From an uncultured bacterium (lineage in GTDB: Bacteria > UBP7 > UBA6624), in assembly GCA_964012435.1 (NCBI GenBank), contig CAXGSM010000002.1:634-64633 (forward strand): a stretch of DNA of 64,000 nt. Direction: 5' to 3'. Below the pieces are notes generated by a model. The model searched no databases and was not told the origin of the DNA. It was given only the letters and a program-made list of their open reading frames with translations. Below, in pieces: positions 18,627 through 27,892 of the stretch (its first letter is position 1; each line of letters opens with the position of its first letter). The position numbers and the translations under genes are program-made.

Positions 18627-18777
18627 TTTTTTTATCGAAAATATATTTTTTTTTATCATTATTTATCAAAATGTTTTTTATTTTTAAATTTATTTATCTT
18701 TATATATGCAAAAAACCATATTTTTTACTTTTTATGAAATGATAACCGTATAAATTATTCAAGGAGTTATATAAACT

Positions 18778-20871
18778 ATGGATTATTCAACTAATTTTGG
18801 AAGCTTAACATTCAATAAAAAAGCAATGAAAAATTACATGCAACCAAATACTTATAAAAAAATGTTAAAAATATTAGAAGGCGAAAATGCAATGGATTCA
18901 AAAACTGCTAATGAAACCGCTGAAGCAATGAAAAGATGGGCTGTCGAAAATGGATGTACTCATTACTGTCACTGGTTCCAACCCCTAACAGGAAGCACTG
19001 CTGAAAAACATGATTCTTTTTACGATCCTGATAATAATGAAAATTTAATTACAAACTTTTCAGGAAAGCTTCTTGTAAGAGGTGAGCCAGATGCAAGCTC
19101 ATTTCCTTCTGGGGGAATTAGAGATACTTATGAAGCAAGGGGGTATACAGCTTGGGATACCTCAAGTCCTGCTTTCATCAACAGAACTGAAACAGGGGCA
19201 ACCTTATGTATACCTACAGCTTTTGTCTCTTGGACAGGTGAGGCTTTAGATAAAAAAACACCTTTATTAAGATCAATAAATGCTGTTAACATTCAAGCAA
19301 TGAGGATGCTTAAAATATTTGGCAACGACAAAGGGGTGAAGAAAACCATAACGACATTAGGCTGTGAACAAGAGTTTTTTCTAATTGATGAATCTTTTGT
19401 TGAGGAAAGAGAAGATTTACTTTTATGTGGAACCACGCTAATTGGCAAAGAGGCGCCAAAAGGACATCAATTAGATGACCATTATTTTGGAACAATGAAG
19501 GAAAGAGTTTTAGCCTATTATCATGATATTGAAGATCAATTATTAGATTTAGGTGTGCCTTTTAAAACAAGGCACAATGAAGTTGCTCCAGCTCAATTTG
19601 AATTAGCTCCTACGTTTGAAAATGCAAATGTTGCAACAGACCATCAAATGATAACCATGCATGTTTTGAAAAAAACTGCAAAAGATCATGGTTTTTGTTG
19701 CCTTCTTCATGAAAAACCATTTGCAAGAATTAATGGATCTGGAAAACATAACAATTGGTCAATATCTACAGATACTGGATTAAACCTTCTTGACCCAACA
19801 GAAAAAACACATGAGAATATTCAATTTTTAACATTTCTTTGTTCGATAATTCAGGCTGTTGATAAGCATGCCGATCTTCTCAGAGCATCAATTGCTTCAG
19901 CTGGCAATGACCTCAGGCTTGGCGGAAATGAAGCTCCACCTGCAATAATATCAATATTCCTAGGAGAAATGTTGACAGATATTCTAGACCAAATAGAAAA
20001 AGGCAAAGTAAGCTCAACAAAAAAAGGTGGCATAATGAATCTTGGTTCAACAACTATTGCAGAAATATCTAGGCATAGTGGAGATAGAAATAGAACAAGC
20101 CCATTTGCATTTACTGGAAATAAATTCGAATTCCGAGCACCTGGTTCAGCTTGTTCGATAGCATGGCCAAATACAGTTTTAAATACGATAATTGCAGAGT
20201 CAATGGATGAAATTGCTACAAAAATTGAACAAGAAATAAAATCTTCAGATTTAGAAAAAGCTGTTTACAAAGTGTTAAAAGCGGTTATTAAAAAACATAA
20301 AAAAGTATGTTTTGATGGTGACGGATACAGTAAAAATTGGGAAAAAGAAGCGGTAAGCAGGGGATTACCTAACTTGAAAACCTGCGCTGATGCACTACCT
20401 TGTTTAAAATCAAAAAAATCACTAGATGTTTTTGAGAGATACGATGTTTTGACAAACATCGAACTCAAAGCAAGAGTAGAAATCCTTGAAGAGCAATACA
20501 TTACAAATAAAGAAATAGAAGCAAGGACTTTGGTTTCAATGATGAGTACCCAAATCATTCCTGCTGCTGAAGTGTACCAGTTCGAACTTGCAAAAAACCT
20601 TAACGCTGTCTCATCGGCACTGAATTCAAAAAATAAAACCAAAAGCCAACAAGCAAAATTAAAAAATCTAACAAACATGATTGAAGATTCTTTGGACCTT
20701 GTTCAAAGATTGAAGCAACAAGAAAAAAAACACCTCTCTCCAGATGATATAAAAAATTCCATCATACCCTTGATGGATAAAATCAGAATCTGCAGTGATG
20801 AATTGGAGGGAATTGTCCCGGATGACCTATGGCCTATTCCAAAATATTCAGAAATGCTATTCTTGTTTTGA
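18778..20871 (+). CDS. glnN: glutamine synthetase, type III
   Basis: 697 aa, the GSIII size class. The N-terminal FGSLTFNKKAMKNY region, the catalytic-core-like NEVAPAQFELAP and the HEKPF..NGSGKHNNWS motifs fit. AAGGAG RBS is upstream. Confidence 0.85.
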   Translation: MDYSTNFGSLTFNKKAMKNYMQPNTYKKMLKILEGENAMDSKTANETAEAMKRWAVENGCTHYCHWFQPLTGSTAEKHDSFYDPDNNENLITNFSGKLLVRGEPDASSFPSGGIRDTYEARGYTAWDTSSPAFINRTETGATLCIPTAFVSWTGEALDKKTPLLRSINAVNIQAMRMLKIFGNDKGVKKTITTLGCEQEFFLIDESFVEEREDLLLCGTTLIGKEAPKGHQLDDHYFGTMKERVLAYYHDIEDQLLDLGVPFKTRHNEVAPAQFELAPTFENANVATDHQMITMHVLKKTAKDHGFCCLLHEKPFARINGSGKHNNWSISTDTGLNLLDPTEKTHENIQFLTFLCSIIQAVDKHADLLRASIASAGNDLRLGGNEAPPAIISIFLGEMLTDILDQIEKGKVSSTKKGGIMNLGSTTIAEISRHSGDRNRTSPFAFTGNKFEFRAPGSACSIAWPNTVLNTIIAESMDEIATKIEQEIKSSDLEKAVYKVLKAVIKKHKKVCFDGDGYSKNWEKEAVSRGLPNLKTCADALPCLKSKKSLDVFERYDVLTNIELKARVEILEEQYITNKEIEARTLVSMMSTQIIPAAEVYQFELAKNLNAVSSALNSKNKTKSQQAKLKNLTNMIEDSLDLVQRLKQQEKKHLSPDDIKNSIIPLMDKIRICSDELEGIVPDDLWPIPKYSEMLFLF

Positions 20872-20899
20872 TTTAGTTTATTTTATGCAAATATAAAAT

Positions 20900-21832
20900 T
20901 TAAATTTTATTGAATTTAAAAACTCGCAACTTTGCAGACCTGACTTGAGGCATTTTGGCTATCTCTAGCTGACTAGGCTGAATCGGTTTTTTTGTGACAC
21001 TCTCCCCAAAACCCATTCTTTCCATTTTTTTATAAAAACTCTTCACCTGTCTATCCTCAATACTATGCCATGTTAAAAAAATACCAATGCCACCCAGCTC
21101 AATCACTTCCGACATTGAATTAAGCAAGGAGTCAAGCTCTTGTGATTCTTTATTAACTTCTCTCCTCAGAGCCATAAAAACCTTTGTAGAAGGATGAATT
21201 CTTTTAACACCATTTTCGAAAAGAATTTTTGAAAGCTGGTTACATGGCATTGAAGAAATATTTCTGTTCCTTACAATCACATTTGAAATTCTTCTATAAC
21301 TCTTGATGCCGCTTTCTTTAAAAATCTTCCTCAATTGAGGCTCATTGTATGAATTTAATATTTCAGATGCTGTTAATGTATTTTCGTTTTTGTCAAACCT
21401 CATGTCGGCTTCTTCAGATCCGTTAAATGACATGTCTTCTCTATAAAGCTGATCTAACCTGGCTCCAAGATCAGCAAAAACAACATCACATTTTTTCCAA
21501 CCTATCTTTTCCATCATTTTTTTGATCTGGCTATGTCTCGATTGAAAACATTCAAATGAAGATTCGAAATTACCCAAATTACCTTGTGATAAATCTACAT
21601 TTTGAAAAACTTTAGCAAGTCTTTTTTCAGCTCTTTCGATCGCCTTTTTATCCATATCTATACCAAGAACAGAACATCCAGATTTCAAAAAAATTTCAGA
21701 ATGCCCTCCATCGCCTAATGTAGCATCAACGACCCTCAATGGAACTTTGTCGGAATAGTCTGAACAAAGAAGCAAAGAGTCAATAAACTCTTTAATCTCT
21801 TTAGTCATTGCAGAAGGATGGTAACTAGTCAT
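20900..21832 (-). CDS. rsmH: 16S rRNA (cytosine1402-N4)-methyltransferase RsmH/MraW
   Basis: HPSAMTKEIKEFI...VVDATLGDGGHSE...GIDMDKKAI matches the RsmH N-terminus. Start placed at the MTSYHPS ATG (21832), 8 nt overlapping the upstream PPC gene. The track start at 21862 is probably too long. Confidence 0.88.
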   Translation of the reverse strand: MTSYHPSAMTKEIKEFIDSLLLCSDYSDKVPLRVVDATLGDGGHSEIFLKSGCSVLGIDMDKKAIERAEKRLAKVFQNVDLSQGNLGNFESSFECFQSRHSQIKKMMEKIGWKKCDVVFADLGARLDQLYREDMSFNGSEEADMRFDKNENTLTASEILNSYNEPQLRKIFKESGIKSYRRISNVIVRNRNISSMPCNQLSKILFENGVKRIHPSTKVFMALRREVNKESQELDSLLNSMSEVIELGGIGIFLTWHSIEDRQVKSFYKKMERMGFGESVTKKPIQPSQLEIAKMPQVRSAKLRVFKFNKI

Positions 21833-22235
21833 GCCAAAGCCAAAGCCCCCTCTCCTTATCAAAAAATCTAACTTTTTGATTTAAAGATTGCATAACCATA
21901 AACTCACAAACAAACACTTTGCAACCTTTTAAAACATGCCCTCCGTAAGTTTGACCTTTTTTATCAGATAAGCTTATATGAAAATGAGGAAAAATATCAT
22001 CTTTAAAATTTGAATCAGATTTTAATGAAATATTCCCAGATAAAGAAACTATTTCTAAATCTTCACTAATAGAAATTTCCTCATATTTCTCTTCTTTTTG
22101 GTTGTACCAAGCTATATTTGCCTGCTTTAAAGCACCTATGCCAAAGATCCAACATGATTGAATTTTTCTATTTTTTGCAAAATCAAGCAAGGATTCAAGA
22201 AGATCACATCCATTTTTCAAAGAATACATTTTCAT
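21825..22235 (-). CDS. PPC (DUF296) domain protein
   Basis: GIGALKQANIAWYN...LEIVSLSGNIS...PHFHISLSDKKGQTYGGHVLKGCKVFVCEFMV fits the PPC/DUF296 pattern. 136 aa. Confidence 0.7.
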   Translation of the reverse strand: MKMYSLKNGCDLLESLLDFAKNRKIQSCWIFGIGALKQANIAWYNQKEEKYEEISISEDLEIVSLSGNISLKSDSNFKDDIFPHFHISLSDKKGQTYGGHVLKGCKVFVCEFMVMQSLNQKVRFFDKERGLWLWHD

Positions 22236-23176
22236 AACATAATATTCTCATTTAAAAATTTCAAAAAATCATCAGGAAGTTCCATTCTCCTAACCCTTAT
22301 CCAACAAGGGAAACCTTTTAAGCTCCATCTTGAAGCATCTTTTTTTGTGATGATTACACCGCCGTAAGATCTAGCATTCATGATAGCAAGATTCCTCCAC
22401 TTAGAAGAAACAGCATGATCAGGTATGTTTAGATTAAAACAATCAATACCCTCATCCCTCAGTTCCGCTTCCAAGTTTTTAGAATTTGCTATACCAGCAG
22501 CTAAAGGTAGCCGCATTGACGGAGGGTCTGTTGGCTCCCAATTCTCATTCAGCCAGCTATTCCCCTTTGATTTGATTTTAAATTTCTTAATAGAGGGTGC
22601 CCATCTTTTAATTTCTGAAAAATCTGCATTTGGCATCGAGAGCAAACAATCAGCACGAGAGTAAGAGCTTCCCCACTCTCTTAATAAACCTTTTGGAAAG
22701 GGTATCGATGCCTTATTGCTTGAAACGGAAACTATATTTAGGTCAACCTCTATTGATGACCACTGAAAACCATCTTCTAAAATAATGACGTCGCATCCAA
22801 TTTTAGATAACTCTTTACAAAGGTAATTTTTATCCTTCCCGATTGCAACAATCAAACCAGGAACTTCTTTCTTAATTAGACTCGCTTCATCTCCAGCTTC
22901 AACATTACAAAAATGTTGCCCAGGGCCAAAAATTTTATTATCCCAGTTTCTCTTGCCCCCATAACCCAAAACAACAATTCCTACATTTTTACGCTTTTCT
23001 AATAAATATTTTGAAATTAATATAGAAATTGGTGTTTTTCCTGCTCCACCTGCTTGAACAGAGCCAATACTAATAACTTTAGAAGAAAGCCTGGATGGCC
23101 TTTTCCCATGATGCCTTCGTAATAATTCCCTCAAGAAAGAATAAAAAATTTCCATTAATCCAGTTTTTTTCATCAA
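22232..23176 (-). CDS. lpxK: tetraacyldisaccharide 4'-kinase
   Basis: P-loop context VISIGSVQAGGAGKTP is characteristic of LpxK. 314 aa. Confidence 0.85.
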   Translation of the reverse strand: MMKKTGLMEIFYSFLRELLRRHHGKRPSRLSSKVISIGSVQAGGAGKTPISILISKYLLEKRKNVGIVVLGYGGKRNWDNKIFGPGQHFCNVEAGDEASLIKKEVPGLIVAIGKDKNYLCKELSKIGCDVIILEDGFQWSSIEVDLNIVSVSSNKASIPFPKGLLREWGSSYSRADCLLSMPNADFSEIKRWAPSIKKFKIKSKGNSWLNENWEPTDPPSMRLPLAAGIANSKNLEAELRDEGIDCFNLNIPDHAVSSKWRNLAIMNARSYGGVIITKKDASRWSLKGFPCWIRVRRMELPDDFLKFLNENIML

Positions 23177-23260
23177 TTGCTACTTACTATTTTAGACAGG
23201 CTTGATCAACTTTTATATATTTTACCTAACTAAAAATGGAATAAAAAACACTCTAAATAC

Positions 23261-23296
23261 TTGACAGAGGTAATAATGACGTTATATACTAGTGGG
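23261..23296 (+). promoter_or_regulatory. candidate sigma70-type promoter of the mraZ/dcw operon, plus one GTGGG box
   Basis: TTGACA at 23261-23266. TATATA (23283-23288) or TATACT (23285-23290) lies at 16-18 nt spacing. GTGGG at 23292-23296 resembles the MraZ-box core, but only one copy is seen. Confidence 0.4.
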
Positions 23297-23302
23297 TGAA
23301 AT

Positions 23303-23818
23303 TTGAAGAAAATGGCAATTATTGGCACACAAATCACAATCGACAAAAATGGCAGATTCGTCGTCCCTTCTGATAAAAGAAGAATTTTTGATGAATTAAA
23401 AAATATCATCGTTGTTCTAGATGATGCAGATGAAATAAGACGTAGAGTTTTAATTTACTCTGGAAAAAGTCATTTAACTCATTTAAATCATTTAAGAAAT
23501 CTTGCTTCGGAAGGTTTTGTTACAAAATCTGGCGAAAGGCTAACGAAAGCAGAAAGCTTGAGGATTGTTTCAATGTACGAAGAAAACGCTATTGTTAGAA
23601 GAATAGATCCATCTGGAAGAGTGTCATTACCTTTAGAAGTTCTTGGATTAGCGGGAATTAAAGATATTGCATATATTGGAGGAGTGCAAAGAATTGCACT
23701 TTACTCTCCCCCAATATGGAAGCAACTTGTCGAAGAGAGGGAGCATCTATTGAAATCTCTCAGCTACGAACAAAGAGTTGAATTAGCCGAAATACCCTTC
23801 GAGGGCCATGTTGAATAA
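23303..23818 (+). CDS. mraZ: division/cell-wall cluster transcriptional regulator MraZ
   Basis: Two SpoVT/AbrB-type half-domains with DxxxR-like motifs (DKNGRFVVPS and DPSGRVSLPLEVL). Start is TTG at 23303 or ATG at 23312. Confidence 0.88.
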   Translation: MKKMAIIGTQITIDKNGRFVVPSDKRRIFDELKNIIVVLDDADEIRRRVLIYSGKSHLTHLNHLRNLASEGFVTKSGERLTKAESLRIVSMYEENAIVRRIDPSGRVSLPLEVLGLAGIKDIAYIGGVQRIALYSPPIWKQLVEEREHLLKSLSYEQRVELAEIPFEGHVE

Positions 23819-23844
23819 AAAAAATATGCTGAAAAGGAGGCATT

Positions 23845-23958
23845 ATGAACAATAACAGAAAACCAGGAGCATTAGATTTCTTTTTTGAACTACTAGTTCC
23901 TGTATTTTTTCTAGTAATACTAACTGGTTACTTCATTGTTTCAACACTAGTTGTTTAA
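23845..23958 (+). CDS. micro-ORF, 37-aa single-pass membrane peptide
   Basis: AAGGAGG at 23834-23840 lies 4 nt before the ATG. Translation is MNNNRKPGALDFFFELLVPVFFLVILTGYFIVSTLVV. Not in the ORF track (under 60 aa). Occupies the ftsL/ftsI slot. Confidence 0.5.
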   Translation: MNNNRKPGALDFFFELLVPVFFLVILTGYFIVSTLVV

Positions 23959-24062
23959 TGGTGGAAAATATACCAAAATGGGCTACAACGATAGTCGTTG
24001 GGACTATTGTTGCAAGCGGAATTCTCTTCCTGGCAGGGTCAATCATGGAGGCTTTAATTTAA
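23958..24062 (+). CDS. micro-ORF, 34-aa single-pass membrane peptide
   Basis: TAATG overlap with the preceding micro-ORF, and its stop abuts the murE TTG start. Translation is MVENIPKWATTIVVGTIVASGILFLAGSIMEALI. Confidence 0.4.
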   Translation: MVENIPKWATTIVVGTIVASGILFLAGSIMEALI

Positions 24063-25490
24063 TTGCAAATACAAAAATTAATCTCCACGATTGACTGTCT
24101 ATATCAAGGCGATCTTAATAGTCAAGTTTCAAAAATAAAAGAAGATTCCAGAAAAGTTCAAAAAAGAGATATATTTATAACGCATGCGGGCGTACGCGCA
24201 CACGCAATAGAAGCACAGCAAAGAGGTGCGTCAGCAATACTTAGTCCAGTATTCTTTAGAGATCTTAGAGTAAATCAAATAATCGGAGACACAGCAAGGT
24301 CAAAAAAAGATCTGATCAAAAATCTTTACAAAGAAACAATAAAAAACATAAAAATTATCGGAATCACTGGTACAGATGGAAAAACAACAACCTCAATGCT
24401 TACAAACAGCATCATCAATGAATCAAAAAAATCAGCTTCTATAGGCACACTAGGTGTAAAAGGTAACGATATCAATATCAAAACACAATTAACCACACCT
24501 CAAACTTCTGACTTGCTAAACACTTTAAATAAGTTGTACGAAAAAAAATATGAATATGCAGTTATTGAATGTTCATCACATGGTTTATTTCAGGACAGAA
24601 TAGATCCAATTAAGCTAAAGGCTGCTGCAATCAACAGGGTAACCAGGGATCATTTAGATTTTCATGGAAATCAAAAATACTACTTCAAAGCAAAATCTCT
24701 GATTTTTTCAAAATTAAATAACGGCTCACCTGCAATAATTAACTCAAGCTCTCCATGGCTTGAAGCATTGCAAAAAAAATATCCGAAACTCAATTGGATA
24801 ACATGGGGTAGAGAGAAAGGAGATGTAGTTGGAAAAGTCGTTTCCAAAACATTAACAAAATCAATTATCCAAATCAATCTTCCTGAAAGAAAAAATATCG
24901 AAGTGGAAACAAACCTTGTAGGTGATTTCCAAATAGAAAACATACTTACATCTATATCTTTATGTTATAGCCTTGGTTTTTCTGAATCTGAGATGGTAAA
25001 CGGAATATACGGTTTAAAAAACATACCTGGAAGAATGCAAAAAATAAAAAATGAAAAAACAAATGTATTTATTGATTATGCTCACACACCAAATGCAATA
25101 AAAAATTCAATTCAATCATTAAAAAAAATATGTAAAGGAAGAGTCTTTGCTGTGTTTGGATGTGGTGGAGATAGAGACAAGGGCAAAAGGCCCGAAATGA
25201 TGAAAGCAGGGATGAATGCAGATAAATTATTTATCACGTCAGATAACCCCAGAACAGAAAATCCAGATTCAATAATTAAAGACATGTTGAAAAATTACAA
25301 GCATGCAAAAAGAATTGAAGTTGAAAAAGATAGAAAAAAAGCAATTGAAAGTGCAATTCAATCAGCAAAGAAAGATGATGTTGTACTTATTGCAGGAAAA
25401 GGTCATGAAGAACATCAGATAATTGGTGAAGTAAAGAAGCCTCATAATGATTTGCTTTTCGCTAAGGAGGTTCTTGCAAGTTGCGCCTAA
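24063..25490 (+). CDS. murE: UDP-N-acetylmuramoyl-L-alanyl-D-glutamate--2,6-diaminopimelate ligase
   Basis: GITGTDGKTTT P-loop and the DNPR motif (TSDNPRTENP) typical of meso-DAP-adding MurE. 475 aa. Confidence 0.92.
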   Translation: MQIQKLISTIDCLYQGDLNSQVSKIKEDSRKVQKRDIFITHAGVRAHAIEAQQRGASAILSPVFFRDLRVNQIIGDTARSKKDLIKNLYKETIKNIKIIGITGTDGKTTTSMLTNSIINESKKSASIGTLGVKGNDINIKTQLTTPQTSDLLNTLNKLYEKKYEYAVIECSSHGLFQDRIDPIKLKAAAINRVTRDHLDFHGNQKYYFKAKSLIFSKLNNGSPAIINSSSPWLEALQKKYPKLNWITWGREKGDVVGKVVSKTLTKSIIQINLPERKNIEVETNLVGDFQIENILTSISLCYSLGFSESEMVNGIYGLKNIPGRMQKIKNEKTNVFIDYAHTPNAIKNSIQSLKKICKGRVFAVFGCGGDRDKGKRPEMMKAGMNADKLFITSDNPRTENPDSIIKDMLKNYKHAKRIEVEKDRKKAIESAIQSAKKDDVVLIAGKGHEEHQIIGEVKKPHNDLLFAKEVLASCA

Positions 25491-26842
25491 ACCCCCACAG
25501 TATAGCAAAAGCTTTGCAAACAAAAGGCAAAGGGCAAATGCCGACTGATGATCTTTACATAACTAATGATTCAAGAAAAATAAAACAAAATTCTTTATTT
25601 GTTGCAATAGCTGGCAAAAAAACAAATGGTACAGAGTTTATCAAACAAGCAATACAAAAAGGGGCTTCAGCAATAATTTCAAATAAAAAATTAGACCTTG
25701 GCAAAAAGATATGGTTATTGAACTCTGAAGACCCACAAGCCGCATATGGAAAACTAGCGAATAGAGCAAGGAAAGAATGGAATCAAAATGTCATTGGCAT
25801 AACAGGGTCTGTAGGCAAATCAACAATCAAAGATTTAACTGCCGCAGCACTTGGAACAGCTGATGATGTTGTCGCTTCACCCTACTCCTTTAATAATGAA
25901 ATTGGGCTTCCCTATTCAATACTGAATGCAAAAGGTACAGAAAAATATATGGTTCTTGAAATGGGTGCAAAAAATCCGGGAGATATCAACTACCTAAAAA
26001 AAATTGCAGAACCAGATTGTGCGGTCTATTCCCTCATATGCAACAGCCATGCAGAATACCTAGGTGGTATAGAGGGAGTGATCAAAGAAAAAGGTTCATT
26101 GGTTTCCGGCTGGGGAGAAAATAAAACCTTAGTAATATCGTCAAAAAACAATCACCATCAAGAAATATCTAGACTTTCATCTGGTGCAAAAATAGTCAAA
26201 TGGGGACCTGGTGAAGAAATCAGCTCTAAAGAGGTTAAATTAGACAAATATGGAATTCCTAACTTCAAGATCAAATACAAAAATAAAATATATAAAGTTA
26301 ACTTAAGACTACCAGGTTCTTTTCAGGTTGAAAACTCTTTAGCAGCATTGTCTACAGCTGTTAGCTTCAATATTGATTTAAATGACGCCATAACAAGAAT
26401 AGAAAAAGTTAAACCTCTTCCACACAGAAAAGAAATATATGCGATAAGCAATGATGGAGTTTTGCTAGATGATTGTTACAACGCAGGTGTGAAATCAACA
26501 AGCGAAAGTATCAAATGGGCTTCTTCAATATCTGCTAAAAGACCAAAAATAATGATACTTGGAGATATTTTAGAAACCGGCAAAGATGAAATAAAAATGC
26601 ATAAAAAAATTGGAAAAATAATTAAAGATAACAAATATTCTGAATTTTTAACAGTTGGAAATTTAGCAAAATATGCATTAGAGGAGTCAAGAATAAGTGG
26701 AAAACACTACCCTACAACTGATGATCTTTTGGATGATTTAAAAAAATATGACTTTTCAGCAAAAGTTACACTGGTAAAAGGCTCAAGATCAATGCAGCTT
26801 GAAAAAATTACAAAAAAAATTAGGGAGATTTTTTCTACGTAA
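25481..26842 (+). CDS. murF: UDP-N-acetylmuramoyl-tripeptide--D-alanyl-D-alanine ligase
   Basis: ITNDSRKIKQNSLFVAIAGKKTNG, GITGSVGKST, and its position after murE. Confidence 0.9.
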   Translation: MRLNPHSIAKALQTKGKGQMPTDDLYITNDSRKIKQNSLFVAIAGKKTNGTEFIKQAIQKGASAIISNKKLDLGKKIWLLNSEDPQAAYGKLANRARKEWNQNVIGITGSVGKSTIKDLTAAALGTADDVVASPYSFNNEIGLPYSILNAKGTEKYMVLEMGAKNPGDINYLKKIAEPDCAVYSLICNSHAEYLGGIEGVIKEKGSLVSGWGENKTLVISSKNNHHQEISRLSSGAKIVKWGPGEEISSKEVKLDKYGIPNFKIKYKNKIYKVNLRLPGSFQVENSLAALSTAVSFNIDLNDAITRIEKVKPLPHRKEIYAISNDGVLLDDCYNAGVKSTSESIKWASSISAKRPKIMILGDILETGKDEIKMHKKIGKIIKDNKYSEFLTVGNLAKYALEESRISGKHYPTTDDLLDDLKKYDFSAKVTLVKGSRSMQLEKITKKIREIFST

Positions 26843-26845
26843 CAA

Positions 26846-27892
26846 ATGAACATTTTTAATAAGCACTCTATTTTTTACACATTGTGCTTTTTAATAATTT
26901 TTAATTTTATTTTCAATCAAAATCTGCATAACAACATTCACATAAGTAATAATTTAAACTACCAAAATCTCTTAATTGGAATATTTATAATCACAATATT
27001 TTCATTTAATTCATACTTAAAAATCGCGGACAAAAAAGGCTGGGGTCAGTATGTAAGAGAGGAAGGGTTGGAATCACACCTTAAAAAAACAGGTACGCCA
27101 ACAGCAGCAGGTTGGATTTTTTTCGTGATGTCAATCGTTCCACTTTATATTTTTTTACCTAATTTTTTAATTGAAGAAAACATCCTATGGGTACCCTTGT
27201 TAGCAATAACGATAATGTTCATAACAGGCCTATTAGATGACTTATACAAAATAAACGGTAAAAAAGAGGGTCTTCTTGCAAGATATAGACTTTTAGCTCA
27301 ATTTTTAGTTGGCTCTCTTTTAGGGTATTACTTCCTACCTTGGGATTTATATACCAACTTAGCTGTTGGTTTCTTATTGTTTGGTACTGCCGTCAATGGT
27401 ATTAATTTTACCGATGGATCTGATGGTCTTCTGGCGGCAGTTATCCTTGCAACACCAATTGGACTTTTGATGCTTTATATAGTCTCTCAAGCAATGGGTG
27501 TAGGCTTTCCCATCGTAGGCTCTAAATTTATCTTTATCTTATTAGGTTTGCTGATGCTTTCATGGATACCTTTCAATAAACATCCTGCTAAATTATTTAT
27601 GGGTGAAACTGGCTCTTACACAATTGGGGCAATAGTGGGATTCATTGCAATATATTCACTGCAAAGCGAACCGATGGTTACTTTCTTGCTACTTTCTGTA
27701 CCTGTTTTTCAAATTACAACTGTTGTGATTCAGGTTTTCTTTTATAAAAAATTTGGCAAAAGAGTATTTTTAATGGCTCCGTTTCACCATCATCTTGAAA
27801 AAAAAGGATGGAGCGAAAACAAGATAGCTTATTCAGCTTTCTTTTTTCAATTATTTTTAACTATCTCATTAATAGGAAGTGTTACCTACTGA
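26846..27892 (+). CDS. mraY: phospho-N-acetylmuramoyl-pentapeptide transferase
   Basis: GTPTAAG, LLDDLYKI, NGINFTDGSDGL and APFHHHLEKKGW. The FMGDxGS motif reads FMGETGS here. Confidence 0.9.
   Translation: MNIFNKHSIFYTLCFLIIFNFIFNQNLHNNIHISNNLNYQNLLIGIFIITIFSFNSYLKIADKKGWGQYVREEGLESHLKKTGTPTAAGWIFFVMSIVPLYIFLPNFLIEENILWVPLLAITIMFITGLLDDLYKINGKKEGLLARYRLLAQFLVGSLLGYYFLPWDLYTNLAVGFLLFGTAVNGINFTDGSDGLLAAVILATPIGLLMLYIVSQAMGVGFPIVGSKFIFILLGLLMLSWIPFNKHPAKLFMGETGSYTIGAIVGFIAIYSLQSEPMVTFLLLSVPVFQITTVVIQVFFYKKFGKRVFLMAPFHHHLEKKGWSENKIAYSAFFFQLFLTISLIGSVTY

Noticed and set aside
18707-18754. 15-codon upstream ORF (MQKTIFFTFYEMITV) in the glnN leader, considered as a leader peptide or attenuator.
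   Set aside because: It has no Shine-Dalgarno, no Gln or other regulatory codon run, and no alternative hairpins downstream. It is most likely a chance ORF.
18627-18777. Glutamine (glnA-motif) riboswitch upstream of glnN.
   Set aside because: I could find no conserved CGUUC/GGAAG-type core and no stem-forming GC segments.
20893-20910. Perfect 18-bp palindrome ATAAAATTTAAATTTTAT between convergent glnN and rsmH, considered as a bidirectional terminator.
   Set aside because: It is all A/T, has no loop and no GC stem, and overlaps the rsmH stop codon. It would not form a stable intrinsic-terminator hairpin, and such palindromes are expected in AT-rich DNA.
27808-27891. Track start of murD inside mraY. 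The same issue affects ftsK (33673), rsmH (21862), the SLH protein (15301), the hypothetical at 45183 and yggS (32344).
   Set aside because: These upstream-most starts extend into the preceding gene. Downstream ATGs coincide with stop-overlap junctions, RBSs or the conserved N-termini of the families.
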